This document shows, in pieces, positions 37,778 to 49,859 of a stretch of DNA of 64,000 bases (position 1 is the stretch's first letter; each line of letters opens with the position of its first letter). This stretch comes from Patellaria atrata CBS 101060 (lineage: Eukaryota), in the NCBI GenBank assembly GCA_010093705.1, contig MU006090.1, positions 744,001 through 808,000 of the forward strand, read 5' to 3'. The position numbers were made by a program, and so were the translations under genes. Below the pieces are notes generated by a model. The model was not told where the DNA came from. It saw only the letters and a list, made by a program, of their open reading frames with translations, and did no database searches.

Positions 37778-38979
37778 TTTGACCTTTGGTGTAGCAATGG
37801 ATGCTTTCCAACTTTGAATTGATGTGTAGTGGAATATGCGAAGTTTGACTGTGGTGTGTTGTGCGGTGAAGAAAAAGAAGGAAGAAGTTGCGAGGAGAAC
37901 AAGGAGTAGAGGACGCGCGCCGCGTTGTTAGTAAACTTAGTCTTCGTGACATATTTATAGACAAGGATTTTATATTCGTCATTCTTGAGTCGTGGGTGAT
38001 CAAATCCATTCACACTAATTTTGGAACATGACTTGGAAGTCCATAAGAGTTGGACGATGTGCAATCCTTTCACAAATGCTCGTAGTTCTCTCCAATATAC
38101 TAATAAGGAGGCGCAGGCTTATTTTGTTTTTGTAAGGAATGCCTTATCATCGAATCCACATAAGCAGCGTCACAGTTCATATCGGGCTTGCATGTATCAT
38201 CGATATAGCATATTGGAGTGGTACTGAGAGGGACCGTTGTTCGTGGGAAAAATTCGTACTTTCGAAGAATCCTATCTGGCTCCTGGCTAACGTAGTCGAG
38301 TGCATCAGATATGTGCTCATTTGAATGTGGAAGCCTAAGCCCAACCTTCCAGTCGTTGCGGCTTAGAGAGAACAAAATTCCCCGCTCATGTAGGCAGTGT
38401 GGAGGTGCGCTCGATGGGTGTTGTGAGCCCTCGTTTTGATTTGGACGTCACTTTTGACTATGACTCCGCTTCTAATCCTCAATGAATTAGAGAAAGTGGT
38501 CTATCAAGAATACTAGATAGGACTGTTAGGCTTACCTGATACCTCTGAGAATAAATAAATGTAGAAAAAGCTATTTGGAGTGCTTTACGCGCGAAAACCC
38601 CATACTAAAATCGAGGTTCGACAGCGTGAGAGTTCGTTTTGAGGATATGAAGGAAATCAAGTGGAAAATATCTCCGATGTGGAAGCTTTATGAGAAGTTG
38701 GGACCAAGACAACTTGAGGAGGAGATAAAAACAAGGGATGGTAGTCTGTGGACTCATCCTCATGGGTGCAACTTTGATTAGTGAGTCAGAACAAGGCTCG
38801 TGTTCCACACTGGAGCAGTACTTGCCACATACACCAGCATATTTGATTGACATGCGCATGGAGAATGGAACAACCAGAACTTGGTTGGCCTACAGGGAGG
38901 CATAAGGATAGAGGGCGGAGTATTGGTAGAACGACTAAGAAGAGACTTGAATTCTAAATTTATCGCTGAGACTACCGGG

Positions 38980-39699
38980 ATGACCAGACATATTTCCTAT
39001 TCAGCGTTATTAGCACAAACCGGACCAGCTCTAGGTTTACTAGGCTACTTCCCTCGGGAGATCCGAGATCGTATCTATGCTCATTTTATTACTCCCTCCC
39101 ATGAGACCAAGCGACTCAACAGCTACCACGACTTCGACCTAGGTGACTGGAACTATCCCCTGACCCCACACCTCCTGAACCATTCAATCCGCGACGAATT
39201 CATTCGGGTAGCGATAGAACAGTTTGGGCCTATTACCATCAGACTACAGAAACCGCAAAGACAGTCTCAAATACTTGAATTTAGATTCCCAAGTGGAGTG
39301 TGGCTCAAACACACAAGGAGAGTTGTAGTTAAGGAGCAATATTTTGATAGAGGAACCATGAAATTCGTCAGTACGTTGGAAGTTATTCGAACAGCAGTGG
39401 AGCGGCGTCAGGATCTAAAAAGTATTTCAATTATCCTGTATGACCTTCATACAGCGGGAAAGAAAAGAATGATGGAAACTGCGTATCAGTTGCGGAAGAT
39501 GCTTCGGTTCAATAATGGTGTTTCGATATCTGGCGTCCCCCCGGAACTACGTATTCATGATAAGAGCAACGATTACTCTTTGTTGATAGATTTGAATACA
39601 GCTGTTATGAAAGGAGAAGTGCTGAATTTTAGACCTGAGGAAAACAGTTCGGATGTCCAAATTCAAGAAAGGGGGAACGATCCAAACGGAACTTCTTAA
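38980..39699 (+). CDS. Hypothetical protein with N-terminal F-box-like motif (LGYFPREIRDRIYAHF)
   Basis: Intronless ORF; first ATG at 38980 (~239 aa); same motif class as the divergent neighbour. Confidence 0.65.
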   Translation: MTRHISYSALLAQTGPALGLLGYFPREIRDRIYAHFITPSHETKRLNSYHDFDLGDWNYPLTPHLLNHSIRDEFIRVAIEQFGPITIRLQKPQRQSQILEFRFPSGVWLKHTRRVVVKEQYFDRGTMKFVSTLEVIRTAVERRQDLKSISIILYDLHTAGKKRMMETAYQLRKMLRFNNGVSISGVPPELRIHDKSNDYSLLIDLNTAVMKGEVLNFRPEENSSDVQIQERGNDPNGTS

Positions 39700-39997
39700 C
39701 ATTTTCAACCAGTCGACATAGGGCAACATGAAGATCCTCTCGGGACAACTACGATTTCGAGGAACAGATGGAAAAGTATAAAATGTGCTTGTAGGGGACT
39801 GATTTGTAAATGCTGAAGAAAAGAGAAAGAAGCAGTGAAAGAAGACAACTTCGTCTGAACAAACGTACATAATGTGGGAAATGCTACTTAACCGTCGTAA
39901 TGAAGATTATCACCACTCTAATCGCCATTCTGTCTTCTGCTTTGTGAAGTGTTTGCTTGTATTTTATCTCTCAATATTCAGACATCTAAAGTTAGTG

Positions 39998-41321
39998 CTA
40001 GAGGTGTTTCCAGCCGTTGCCAGCGAGAATCTGCATTTCATTGATCATGCAGTGCACTCCGTTCTCACCGCCTCGTGTTTCATCTTCATTCCTTTCTCTA
40101 GCCCATTGCCGTACTCTTTTCTTAACCACATATTGCTCGGTAAGTCTCCGAGGCATCCCGCTTACCCTTGCCCACCGGTTACCCCATATGCCCAATACCT
40201 TCTGTGCTGGGCTAGGCCATGTTTCACCATTCAGCGGATTGACTGTATCATATGCTTCTGCATTGTATCCAACTCTAACATGAGGGTTTAACCAAACGCC
40301 CTTTTCAGAACTCAAGTGGTTGTCCGCATGTATAAGGCAGCATTCAGAAGCTTCAAGGTGGTAGTTGGCGAGACTATCTGGGACTCCACGAAATTTGAGG
40401 GGTGGGTGGGTATAGAATGCTGCAGCATCAAGCGCAATGATGCCGTTCCAACATGACTGAACGGGAACAGGGGCGTTCGAAACAAGCGCATGTCGCGAAG
40501 TAGATGATAGGAAGTACGGCCAGGTTAGAGAGACAGACCTTGCACCTGATATATCGCGTAGAGCAAAAGTGTCATAATAAATAGGGGGCTTGGAAAAATC
40601 CATGGAGCAGGCAGCGGCATATTCACCATCTCTTGTATTTAGTAGAGTGAGAACATCCTCTGTCTGTGCTCTCGTCAGCTCAGTGTAACACCGTGGAATC
40701 AGCACTATCCCATACCGTAAAAACAACATCATTTAACCAAAGGACCTTATCAAATATTTTCGGCTCATCGTATGCAGAAAGTTCCGTCAATCTTTCCATA
40801 ACTCTATTCCGAATCTTAGAGAGGTACGGGATTCGCCTTAGCTCTTTCTTTCCACCGCTTGTCGATATCCAACCCTCTTCATCAGAGGGGGAAATTCTCT
40901 CGATCTCCTCTTGATGAGTAGTCGTATTCAATTCAATCATTCGTGCTACCCCCAGCTTCTCCAACTCAGTATCCAGCTCTCTCAGGGCGCCCTTGCTATT
41001 ATCCCAGCTCCCACCCTCCGAGATGGAAATGTATACATTCTCAGGACCAAATTGACGGACGAGGTCAACAAGAGCCTTGTTCCAATGGGAGCGAAGAATC
41101 TTCTCGTTGTTCCAATGGGTGCTGGCTATGAATACCTTCTCTTTACGCAATATTTGTGAGGAAGGGGAGATTCTGAGTATTGGTGAACTCGAATGAGTGA
41201 TTCTAATGAAGTCAATAATCAAAAAGGAACTGATTGAAATAAAGAGCAGGCGCAGCCAGCTGTTCCGCCATCGACGCGCTCGACGAAAGGAACTTAGAAA
41301 GAAAATCATGGTAAACTCCAT
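39998..41321 (-). CDS. CAP59 / cryptococcal mannosyltransferase 1-like glycosyltransferase (GT69); exons 41321-40716, 40663-39998
   Basis: N-terminal signal anchor; motifs RRIPYLSKIRN, LWLNDVVF, ACSMDF, YYDTFALRD, VQSCWNG and LEASECCLIHAD; 52-nt intron 40715-40664. Confidence 0.9.
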
Positions 41322-41800
41322 CTACTAAGAAGAGCCATGCGTCCGACAGAGTCCTAACATCTTTTCCTAGCGAAAGTGTTCACAACCAACTTGGAAGAGG
41401 ACTTCGAATGGAGCGTGCAACGTAAGTAGCGCAAAGTCCAAAGGGAGAGAAAAGGGATACGAGACGGAGGGAAACCTATCGCGAGTCATGACATGCCAAG
41501 GACGTTTGCGCAAGCTTCAAACTGTCAAATCAACCTCACCTCCACATAAAATCATAGAGACTACTGTCCTATTGGAGCTACAGTTGTACAACTCATAAAA
41601 GAAACAGTTGAGGTGAAGGTTTGACAGCTCTGCTTTATAAGATCTTCTTAGCCTAAGGTACATTTATTGGACTTACAAGGGTATCAATAAAACCGTTTAG
41701 TTAATGAACGCATCTAATCATTTCCTTGTATATATTTTGACCCATCTTAGATACGGCTATAACTATCCCAAAATACTTGACCAGTAGTGTCTACTTAGTA

Positions 41801-42051
41801 CTAGCTGCGGCTTTAACTGAGCGTTCTGTACGGCTTACATACGGCCTCAAAAGAGTGGTCCGTACGGATTTCTCAGCTGAGACCATATCTGACCCTCTCA
41901 GGCCGTACGGGACGCTCATTTAAGCTCGTATCTGAGGGGTACAGATTGCTCAATTGAGGCTGTATCTGAGGCCATATTTAACGCCGTATCTAGACCAGTA
42001 TCGCTCACTCAACTAAGGGCTAACTAACTTCTCTACTAAGGCTATAACTAG
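41801..42051. mobile_element. Putative MITE / non-autonomous Tc1-mariner-like remnant, ~251 bp, TA-flanked, degenerate TIRs
   Basis: Left end TA-CTAGCTGCGGCTTTAACTGAG versus reverse complement of right end TA-CTAGTTATAGCCTTAGTAGAG (mostly transition mismatches). Internal repeated GTATCTGAG-like motifs; no ORF. Confidence 0.55.
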
Positions 42052-42711
42052 TATTATACGTTAAGTCCTAACCAAGCAGAGTATTTGATAAAGCACGAGT
42101 AGGGCTTTAGAACAACACTCAAAACAAAGCGCTATTGATTGAGATGTCTCGATTCAAAGCTTCCAAAGTTCAAAAAGGTGAGATTGTGTGATTCTCGGGC
42201 ATGAATCCTTAAAATTTTGAGAAAAGCTGTACTAGGGCAACAACCGGTGGTGCGTAAAAGGCTCAGTTGAGAGCAGTGTAGTGCATTTAAAACGTTGACT
42301 CATCTCTAGTGGACATAAAATATTCTAAGACCTTATGAACTAAGTGGAAAGGGCATATTAAACAGCGCGTGCTGAGAATCAGTTGAAAAGTATGTACTAT
42401 GAACCCGTGACGGCTCAGGGGCAGAGTAGAAAACCAGCCACTGCTTCTGAATGCTGTAAAGGAACCGCAAGGTTCCCACGTAGCGGTTAAGTCACGATCG
42501 AACAGTTCTATGAGGTAAACAACAATAATCGTTACCGTAGTAGGTTGGTGAAACTTTCTGCCGTAATGGTATGTCATATCTAATTCCTCCGTCTCTACTA
42601 AAAACCGAATTCCCGTTCAATAAATCATCAAATACATAACCCAAGGTCTTGATAATGTCCAGAGCCATTTCAGACCTTCCCAAACTCAACCTAACTCCAA
42701 TTCAGTGACGT

Positions 42712-44265
42712 CTACTCTTCTTCACTCTCTTCGCTCTCCTCAGCCATTCCATGCTCGAAATCCATTTCATCGTCATCTTGATCAACTAAGCCTTGCATCA
42801 ACTCAGCTTCAAAATCCGCATCTTCATCATCCTCATACATAGGTTCAGTCGCTACGCCTTCTACTCCTAATCCGATATTCTTCTCTTGAGCATGTGCGGG
42901 TGGACCCAGGTCAAAACCATCTACATCATCATCCAATGCTTCATCCTGATCAGCATAGACGTCTTCTTCATCATTACCTGGTCCATCTTCTTCCATATCC
43001 CCAAAATCAATGACTTCCTCATTATGCTTAGCAGCGCCGTAATGTGCAGGTGTATGCATTGTACTCCCAGGACTTGCCGAATTAGCAGCACTCCGCAATG
43101 AGATTGGGCCATCGGCGGGGGTATCTGGAAGAGGTAGCGTTGCAAGCCCGGCACGCCCTCTATGTTTGCCAGGGCCAGAATCTCCAAAATCGATCGTGAG
43201 ACCATCACCATCGTCTTCTCCATCTGCATCAGCGTCTGTGCCCTCTTCCGCATCCATATTTGCATCAGCTTCTGACTCCTCTGTAGACGAATGAACATAT
43301 TCCTGACTTTTGACTGCTGGTTTGGGCTTCCCTTTGACAGCCGCTTTGGCGGGAGGTGGATCACTCAGACCGGGACGAGTTGATGCACGGCGATCAAGAC
43401 GAACAGAAGGTACCTTAGTTGCTTTTGGAACAGCAGCTCTCGTATTACTGGATTTTGCGGTAATAAGGGTCTCGGTCTTCCTTTTACGTGGAGCTACTGT
43501 AGCTTTTTGAGTTCGAGGGGCAGGTTTGAGAGAAGTTTGACCTGCTTTGCGGCCGCTAGGCGTGGGAAGTGGAGTAAGGCGACCGGCGTCCGGGCGAGGA
43601 GTATTTAGACCGCTGAGGGGAGTAGGTTCAACGGAAGGAGAGCGGGTCGATTTGGTGAGAAAATGTCGGTAATCATACGGATTATTCTCATCTGGCTCGC
43701 CGCTGGAGTCTTCATCCATCGCCGTATCCTGTGTGTCTCCATCATGAATGCGCTCTTCTGTCTCTTTATGAGGCTGCAACTGCGGGTAGGTTTTACACAG
43801 CTTTGAGCTGGACTGCTCCCACGGGGTGGAGGTCAGGTTGAATGCGTACGCGGAAGATAAAGGTTCTAGGGTCGCAGTCTGTTTTTCAGGGTCGAAGACA
43901 AGAACATAAGTTTTCTTAAGGTCCGTCTTGCCGCCATTATAGGCGTAGGTACTTGATTTAGTAGTTTCCTGGTCAGTTACTGTGAGGGTGTAATTATCTT
44001 CACTTGTCTCTGCGACAATGCTGGTTCGAGATGCCGTGGGTTCCTGACTTGGTTTGTGGTTGACTATATGTCAATAGGAGTTAACAACAGTCCTATGAAA
44101 AAGAACATGAACATTGTTGATACCTTTGACGCTATTATAGTTGGTATTGCTCCCGGATGGGTTGGTTATGCCCTCACCGAGCTGGAGGGTGAATCGGGCT
44201 TTAGTGTAAGGGTCAACCTTAAGAGGAACCTTGCTCGACGGGCTTGTCACTGCGGGAGAAGCCAT
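42712..44265 (-). CDS. RNA polymerase II elongation factor EAF (ELL-associated factor) N-terminal-domain protein with acidic tail; exons 44265-44124, 44063-42712
   Basis: Spliced N-terminus SVKVNHKP...YVLVFDPEKQTATLEPLSSAYAFNL, NPYDYRHFL and acidic C-terminus ESEESEEE; 60-nt intron 44123-44064. Confidence 0.8.
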
Positions 44266-44650
44266 GATACTGGATCAGGCCTCTAAAGTCGGACTACATG
44301 AGTAGATATGAATGGCACGGTAAGAAGATATTTAGAGAGTGAAAATGTCGCCGAAAGAATACGGCTCAACGATGTCTAGAGTTAGGCTTTGACCAGGTGG
44401 TTCTAAAGAGTCCACAAAAACGTGCCAACCCAAAAATATTATTAACGTACCCCAGGATTCTATTTTTATACTTTAATAGCTTGTAAAGTAAGTCAATAAT
44501 TGAGAATTAACTTAAGAGTCATCAATCATTCTGAGATTATCATGTATTTGCTGTATCAATGAAGGTACAATATGGTGTTGGCTACACCAAGACAACAAGT
44601 TTGGTTTTGTACAAGCTTTAACAAAGAATTTCTCTATCAAACAGTGATGG

Positions 44651-46174
44651 TCATTCTCTTATGACAGGAGATATCACAGGTCGACCACTACCTACTCCGC
44701 TTGCTAGGAGTTCGAGTCTACTCGCTTGTACCCTATGCTTCTTAATCACTTCCACCCATTCTTCATCTTCGTCTTCGTCTTCGTCCTCGGACGATTTATG
44801 CTCATCGTCCGAGTCTCCAAGCGATGAGAGAAGTAGTCCGAAGTCACCACCTAGTCGACCCAAACTACCTGCGCAATATAAGACTTGCGTTAAAAGACTG
44901 TCTCTCGATGATCGATCCTGTACATTTGGTAGATATTGCGTGAGTGTATCCATAAGGAGGTCAATTAAATGCATGGGAAATGTGGCCAATGCGGATGGGA
45001 GAGGTTGAAGAGCATCGCCGGCAGTGTCAACATCTCTCTGGTCAGCGGAAAGCATTTGCTGTTGCCCCAAGGTCGGAGCTTTATTTGAATCATCTGGATC
45101 TTTCACAGTATCGGGCGCTGGGAGGGCTGACGGGAATATACTCTTATACATCGAGATAATAGCAAAACTCTGTTCGCGGAAGATTTCAATATACCGCTTC
45201 AGATACCTCTCGGTCTGCTGCCCCCCTGACCATTTATCGTTCTTAGTTTTACCATTTTTTGTCGTACTCGATTTTCTCCGAGCGGTTTCATGATCTGCCA
45301 GTTCTCGGAGAGGTTCTAAAGCTTCCAAAGTCGTCAAAAGATTGGCGAGTCTACATACCAGAAAAAGTGACCCAAGTGATCCTTCTGAGCCACTAAAGGT
45401 TGTGTTTCTGCGAGAATTCCAAGTCTCATCTAAGTCTGGCGCAACGCGTCGAAGCCACCCTACAGTACGCATAGCACCTGCGAGTTTAATCCCTTGCGCT
45501 TGTAAGCTTGCGATAAGATTGGTGGTCATGCTCTTCATTTCTTGCTCGGCCTGGGCAGATATTGAGTTAACCAGACCCGAATCTGGATACAAGGTATGTA
45601 GGCGCTTGATATGACCGTATAGATCAAGAGCTGACGCATAATTTGCGCTAGCCGAGCTTGTTGCTCCTGAGCCCGTCCCTTGTGAAGTCGTTGTCGATAT
45701 GCTAATAGCTGACGATAGAAGGGTTGGGAGATCTAAAACATCGGAAATCCTGTCTACATTCCTGGACAACAACATAGCTTTCTTCCTTCTATCAAGGACA
45801 GGATTGTCCATACTCTTGCTATACTTCTCCGAAAAAAGTATGGACTCCTGCTCCAGCTTTGGTAGCGCATGTTTAAGTTTCGCCGCATTCAGTGTGACTT
45901 TAGGGATAGTGTCTCGGAGGTTTAAGAGGTGATCAGAAGATGTTATGATAGGCTGATATGACCGCTTAGAAAGGGCTTGTAACGAACGCAAGACTGACTG
46001 CGAGTTTTGTGCTAAAGACTGAGGCTCGGATGTAGTGAGTGACGAGAGCGGTAGTGTGGTAAGGCGATTGATGTAGGTGATGGTCAAAGAGTCCTTTGCA
46101 GAAGGTACTAGTTTGGATTGAGTAGTCTGAGCGTCGAAATAAGGCGTCAAAAGTTCATATAAAGGGTCGGCCAT
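44651..46174 (-). CDS. COG8: Conserved oligomeric Golgi complex subunit 8 (Dor1)
   Basis: Motifs DVLDLPTLL, LAGAMRTVGWLRR, ERYLKRYIEIFREQSFAI and LLTQVLYCAGSLGRLGGDF. Confidence 0.92.
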   Translation of the reverse strand: MADPLYELLTPYFDAQTTQSKLVPSAKDSLTITYINRLTTLPLSSLTTSEPQSLAQNSQSVLRSLQALSKRSYQPIITSSDHLLNLRDTIPKVTLNAAKLKHALPKLEQESILFSEKYSKSMDNPVLDRRKKAMLLSRNVDRISDVLDLPTLLSSAISISTTTSQGTGSGATSSASANYASALDLYGHIKRLHTLYPDSGLVNSISAQAEQEMKSMTTNLIASLQAQGIKLAGAMRTVGWLRRVAPDLDETWNSRRNTTFSGSEGSLGSLFLVCRLANLLTTLEALEPLRELADHETARRKSSTTKNGKTKNDKWSGGQQTERYLKRYIEIFREQSFAIISMYKSIFPSALPAPDTVKDPDDSNKAPTLGQQQMLSADQRDVDTAGDALQPLPSALATFPMHLIDLLMDTLTQYLPNVQDRSSRDSLLTQVLYCAGSLGRLGGDFGLLLSSLGDSDDEHKSSEDEDEDEDEEWVEVIKKHRVQASRLELLASGVGSGRPVISPVIRE

Positions 46175-46518
46175 AGCTAGTTAGAAATTGAAGAGAAGTA
46201 ACCTGGATCGTTTAATACTGGATCTCGTGCCGGTGGTGAGTTGTGGACGTCGGCTTTCACATGTGTAGAATCTCACCCCTAAACCTCTCTACCGTATTTC
46301 TGCCGTAGAACTAGAAACACTCGTATTATCAGTCCTCAACGTGCCACCGTGCTGTCCTCTTGCAAGAAATGATACACAGTTGCGCCGCGCTTGGGTGCTC
46401 AAGGCATTGACGGCCTTATCCAGCCTCCAGTTCTGGAGTCGTATTATGTGATATAATGGAGACTAACTTCGCACGCTGGATTAACTTTTATAAGCACGCT
46501 CCTAACCCATTCTCTCAA

Positions 46519-49432
46519 ATGTCGGTATCAACGCGACATTTCTGCGTTAGCGACACCTGTGCTTTACAGGATGACCAGAACAGTCTAGGAGTCGTTATGA
46601 GAACACTTGCTGACGTTGACAGCCATGATCCGGACCCAATCAAGGACTATAAAGAGGGCATTGCCCGTGATGAGGATATTTCGCATGCACTGTTCCATGA
46701 CTTCCTATCAAGTGGCGTACCACCAAAAGGCACAGTCTTAGTCGCGTGGTTCTACCAATCTCGACCCTCACTCATACCGGAAGCCAAGTTAAGGTTGCTA
46801 GACAGAACTCTGGTCATCGGTGATGTAGTGAAGCGCGATCTCCAAAGCGCTATGAGCGGAACTGTCATCGGTATTTACGGAGAGTGTGTTCTGCATTATC
46901 CACAGAGGTTCGACAAATCCTTCAACGACGCAAGGACAATACAGAGACTATTTGACGTTGTACCATATGAATTTGTTCCCGGTGTACCGATAGACGAACT
47001 TGAGTCAGCAGAAAAGTGGTATGAGGGCGATTTCATGATATTCCGTGGCTGGGTCGGTCGTGTGGAACATGTTGATCGGGAAGTGACTCTCCTGCTGGCT
47101 AATGGAACCGTTGTTGTCGTGGAGAACTCCGAAGAACTCGAATACGTCGGCCTTGAAAGTGAGGAAGGACTCTCACTAGGATGCTGTGTGCGGACTACCA
47201 GGGGAAATCTGCGCCGGGGTACTTGGAAACTCGGTGCCTTTAACCCCAATATCGATCCTGTTGGTATAATTGTTTCCTTGAGGCCATTCAACATCAGCGT
47301 CGTATGGCTTCTTAATGGAGCTCCACGATATATTTCCAGTAATCCTCCACCATCAGAACTCAACTGTGATTTCTACGAACGAGAACGTGGGAACTTCAAG
47401 AAATATGATTCATCGCGTCTCCCTGCGACAACAAATGATCGTTTTTCAGACTACGACGAAACAGTTTTTGCTCCTGGCGCATGCGTCAAGTTCAAAGATA
47501 TTGCAGCAGCTTGTGTAAAGTATGACGGGAGAACTTCTATAGATGGGTTCTCTAGGGGAAAGGTCGTTCGGATTCCTACAGAAGATACACTTGGGGTTGA
47601 TCTCAACACTTTCCATGTCCTTAGAACATCTACTAGGGCTAAAGTATTGTGGCAAGACCTGACTACCTCCATCCAACAAGCAGTTGATCTCATTCCAGAC
47701 TGGAATATAGGGGATGAAGATGAAGTCTGGCCTGGTGAGATTGTATTTTCGCCGAGTAACCGTAAAAACTTAACTTCCCAGTCTTATGCATCCTTCAAGC
47801 CGACGAAAGTTGGTGTTGTACAGTCTGTTAATGCACAGGATCGACTAGCAAGCGTTCGATGGTTTGATAATCCGGAGATTCATTTCTTCGGCCGCCACCT
47901 TAGACATCCTGCTAGAACCGGGAATCTCTCTGGACCAGCAGAAGATGTCAGCATGTACGATATCCAATCATTACTTACAATAACTCGGAGGCGAGGTGAT
48001 TTTGTTTATCTGAATCACAATTATACTGGTGCACTCCATCCTGATGGAATCAATGTAATTGACTGGTTTGGGAAAGTCGTGGATCTTGATCTCGATGGAT
48101 CCGTCAGTGTGCGACTCGGGGCGTTAGATGAAGTTCGTGATATCAAAGTTCCTGCAGAATGTTTAACGCTCGTTTACAGCGAAGACATGTTTAGTGATGA
48201 CGGCTCAACCGATTCGGACGCCACTGGGGACTCTAGAGACGATCTTGTAACGGACAGGAATATAACCTATGAATACGAGTATGAGGGGAACGGCGGTAGA
48301 CCGTTAGACTATGATGATGAAGGGGATGGTTGGACGACCGATGATGACGCTGACAACGGTTTAGAATCCCCAAGGAGTCTAGAGGTGGAAGGCATAGGCG
48401 ATCCTGTTGCTACAATTGAATCAACTACTCCATCCGGAACACAACTCATCCAAGACGACCGCGACAACAGCGCAACCATGACATTAGTCTCTTCAGATAC
48501 CTCAAAACCTACCGATTATCCCTCAAGTTCTCCATTACTCCCCTCTTTTTCCGTGCTAGATGATCTTGTACCTGTTAATCACCATTTCATCACTTCTCAG
48601 CCTTTATCTCATACCTCTCTGAACAAACGTCGTATATTAAAGGAACACAATATGTTAAGTTCCTCTCTACCCCAGGGTATATACGTTCGGACATGGGAAT
48701 CCCGTCTCGACTTATTACGAGTTCTTATCATTGGGCCCACAGATACCCCATATGAGCTTGCACCGTTTTTATTTGATCTTAGATTAACAGAAACATTTCC
48801 GAACACTCCTCCTAAAGCATTCTTCCATTCTTGGACTGGTGGACAGGGACCCGTTAATCCCAACCTTTATGAAGATGGTACTATCTGCCTCAGTCTGCTT
48901 GGTACCTGGCATGCTGATGGTAAGAGTGAGAACTGGACTCCTGGGAAAAGCACAATCTTACAGGTGCTTGTCAGCTTGCTGGGTCTAGTTCTCGTGAAGG
49001 ATCCCTTCTATAGTAAGTTACGGAGATTGCTTTTAAACATGTGTGGGGGCTAACGTTTGCCTAGACGAAGCAGGTTACGATGTTCGCGCAGGCTCTGAAG
49101 AGTCTGCTATGGCGTCCAAGAGGTATTCCGAACGAGCTTATTGTGGCGCACGGAATTTCATTATACATGCACTGAAGTATCCACCTGAGGGGGTTGAGAC
49201 TGAAATCAAGCATCTATACGGTGCAATAAATGATGATACCTCGGGGTTGCTCCAGAAAGCTATTAAGAACTTGGAGGAAGTTGTCGAACGAAGTCAAAGC
49301 AACGAAGGCGGCGGGACAGAGAGGAGAGTGAGCAAAGGAGCTCTAGTCCTGTTACGCAGACAGATCCAACAGTTAAGAGAATTAGATCGAGTGGGAGATA
49401 TAGAAATGACTGATGTGAATTCATTATCATAA
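46519..49432 (+). CDS. UBE2O-like E2/E3 hybrid ubiquitin-conjugating enzyme; exons 46519-49012, 49065-49432 (alternative in-frame ATG at 46456)
   Basis: N-terminal LLDR...GDVVKR and SH3-like conserved regions; C-terminal UBC domain GPTDTPYE...NPNLYEDGTICLSLLGTW...PFYNEAGY across intron 49013-49064. Confidence 0.9.
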
Positions 49433-49859
49433 TCATTTCTCGCACTAGAGGATAATGCATATAGGCTGGCGATAGTGGCAGATTCATAACAACAATGGAG
49501 CATTGCATAAAAGCCTCGGTTGGATTTCCCCAGATGAGGAGTCCGGTAGAGAGTCTGTATTCTGGAGCAATATTAGGGAATTCAAAGTCGCCTGTAAATA
49601 ATTTGCAAACTCAACAATCTACCGTAAAGTTGTAGTCTTAACCTAATAATCAGACGCCCAAGGGGCCGATGTGCTAAGCCCCTACCATAAGGTAACTCCG
49701 AATACAGTAACCAATCTTGGCACAGCGCATCATCAACCTTCAAGAGTCAACCTACTTGTTAAGGATTCATTCTCATCCTTTCTCCACCGAATCACAAAGT
49801 ATATTATCATATATATCAGAAGGCCCAAAGATCAATATATCCAGTCCCTTTTGAGCATC

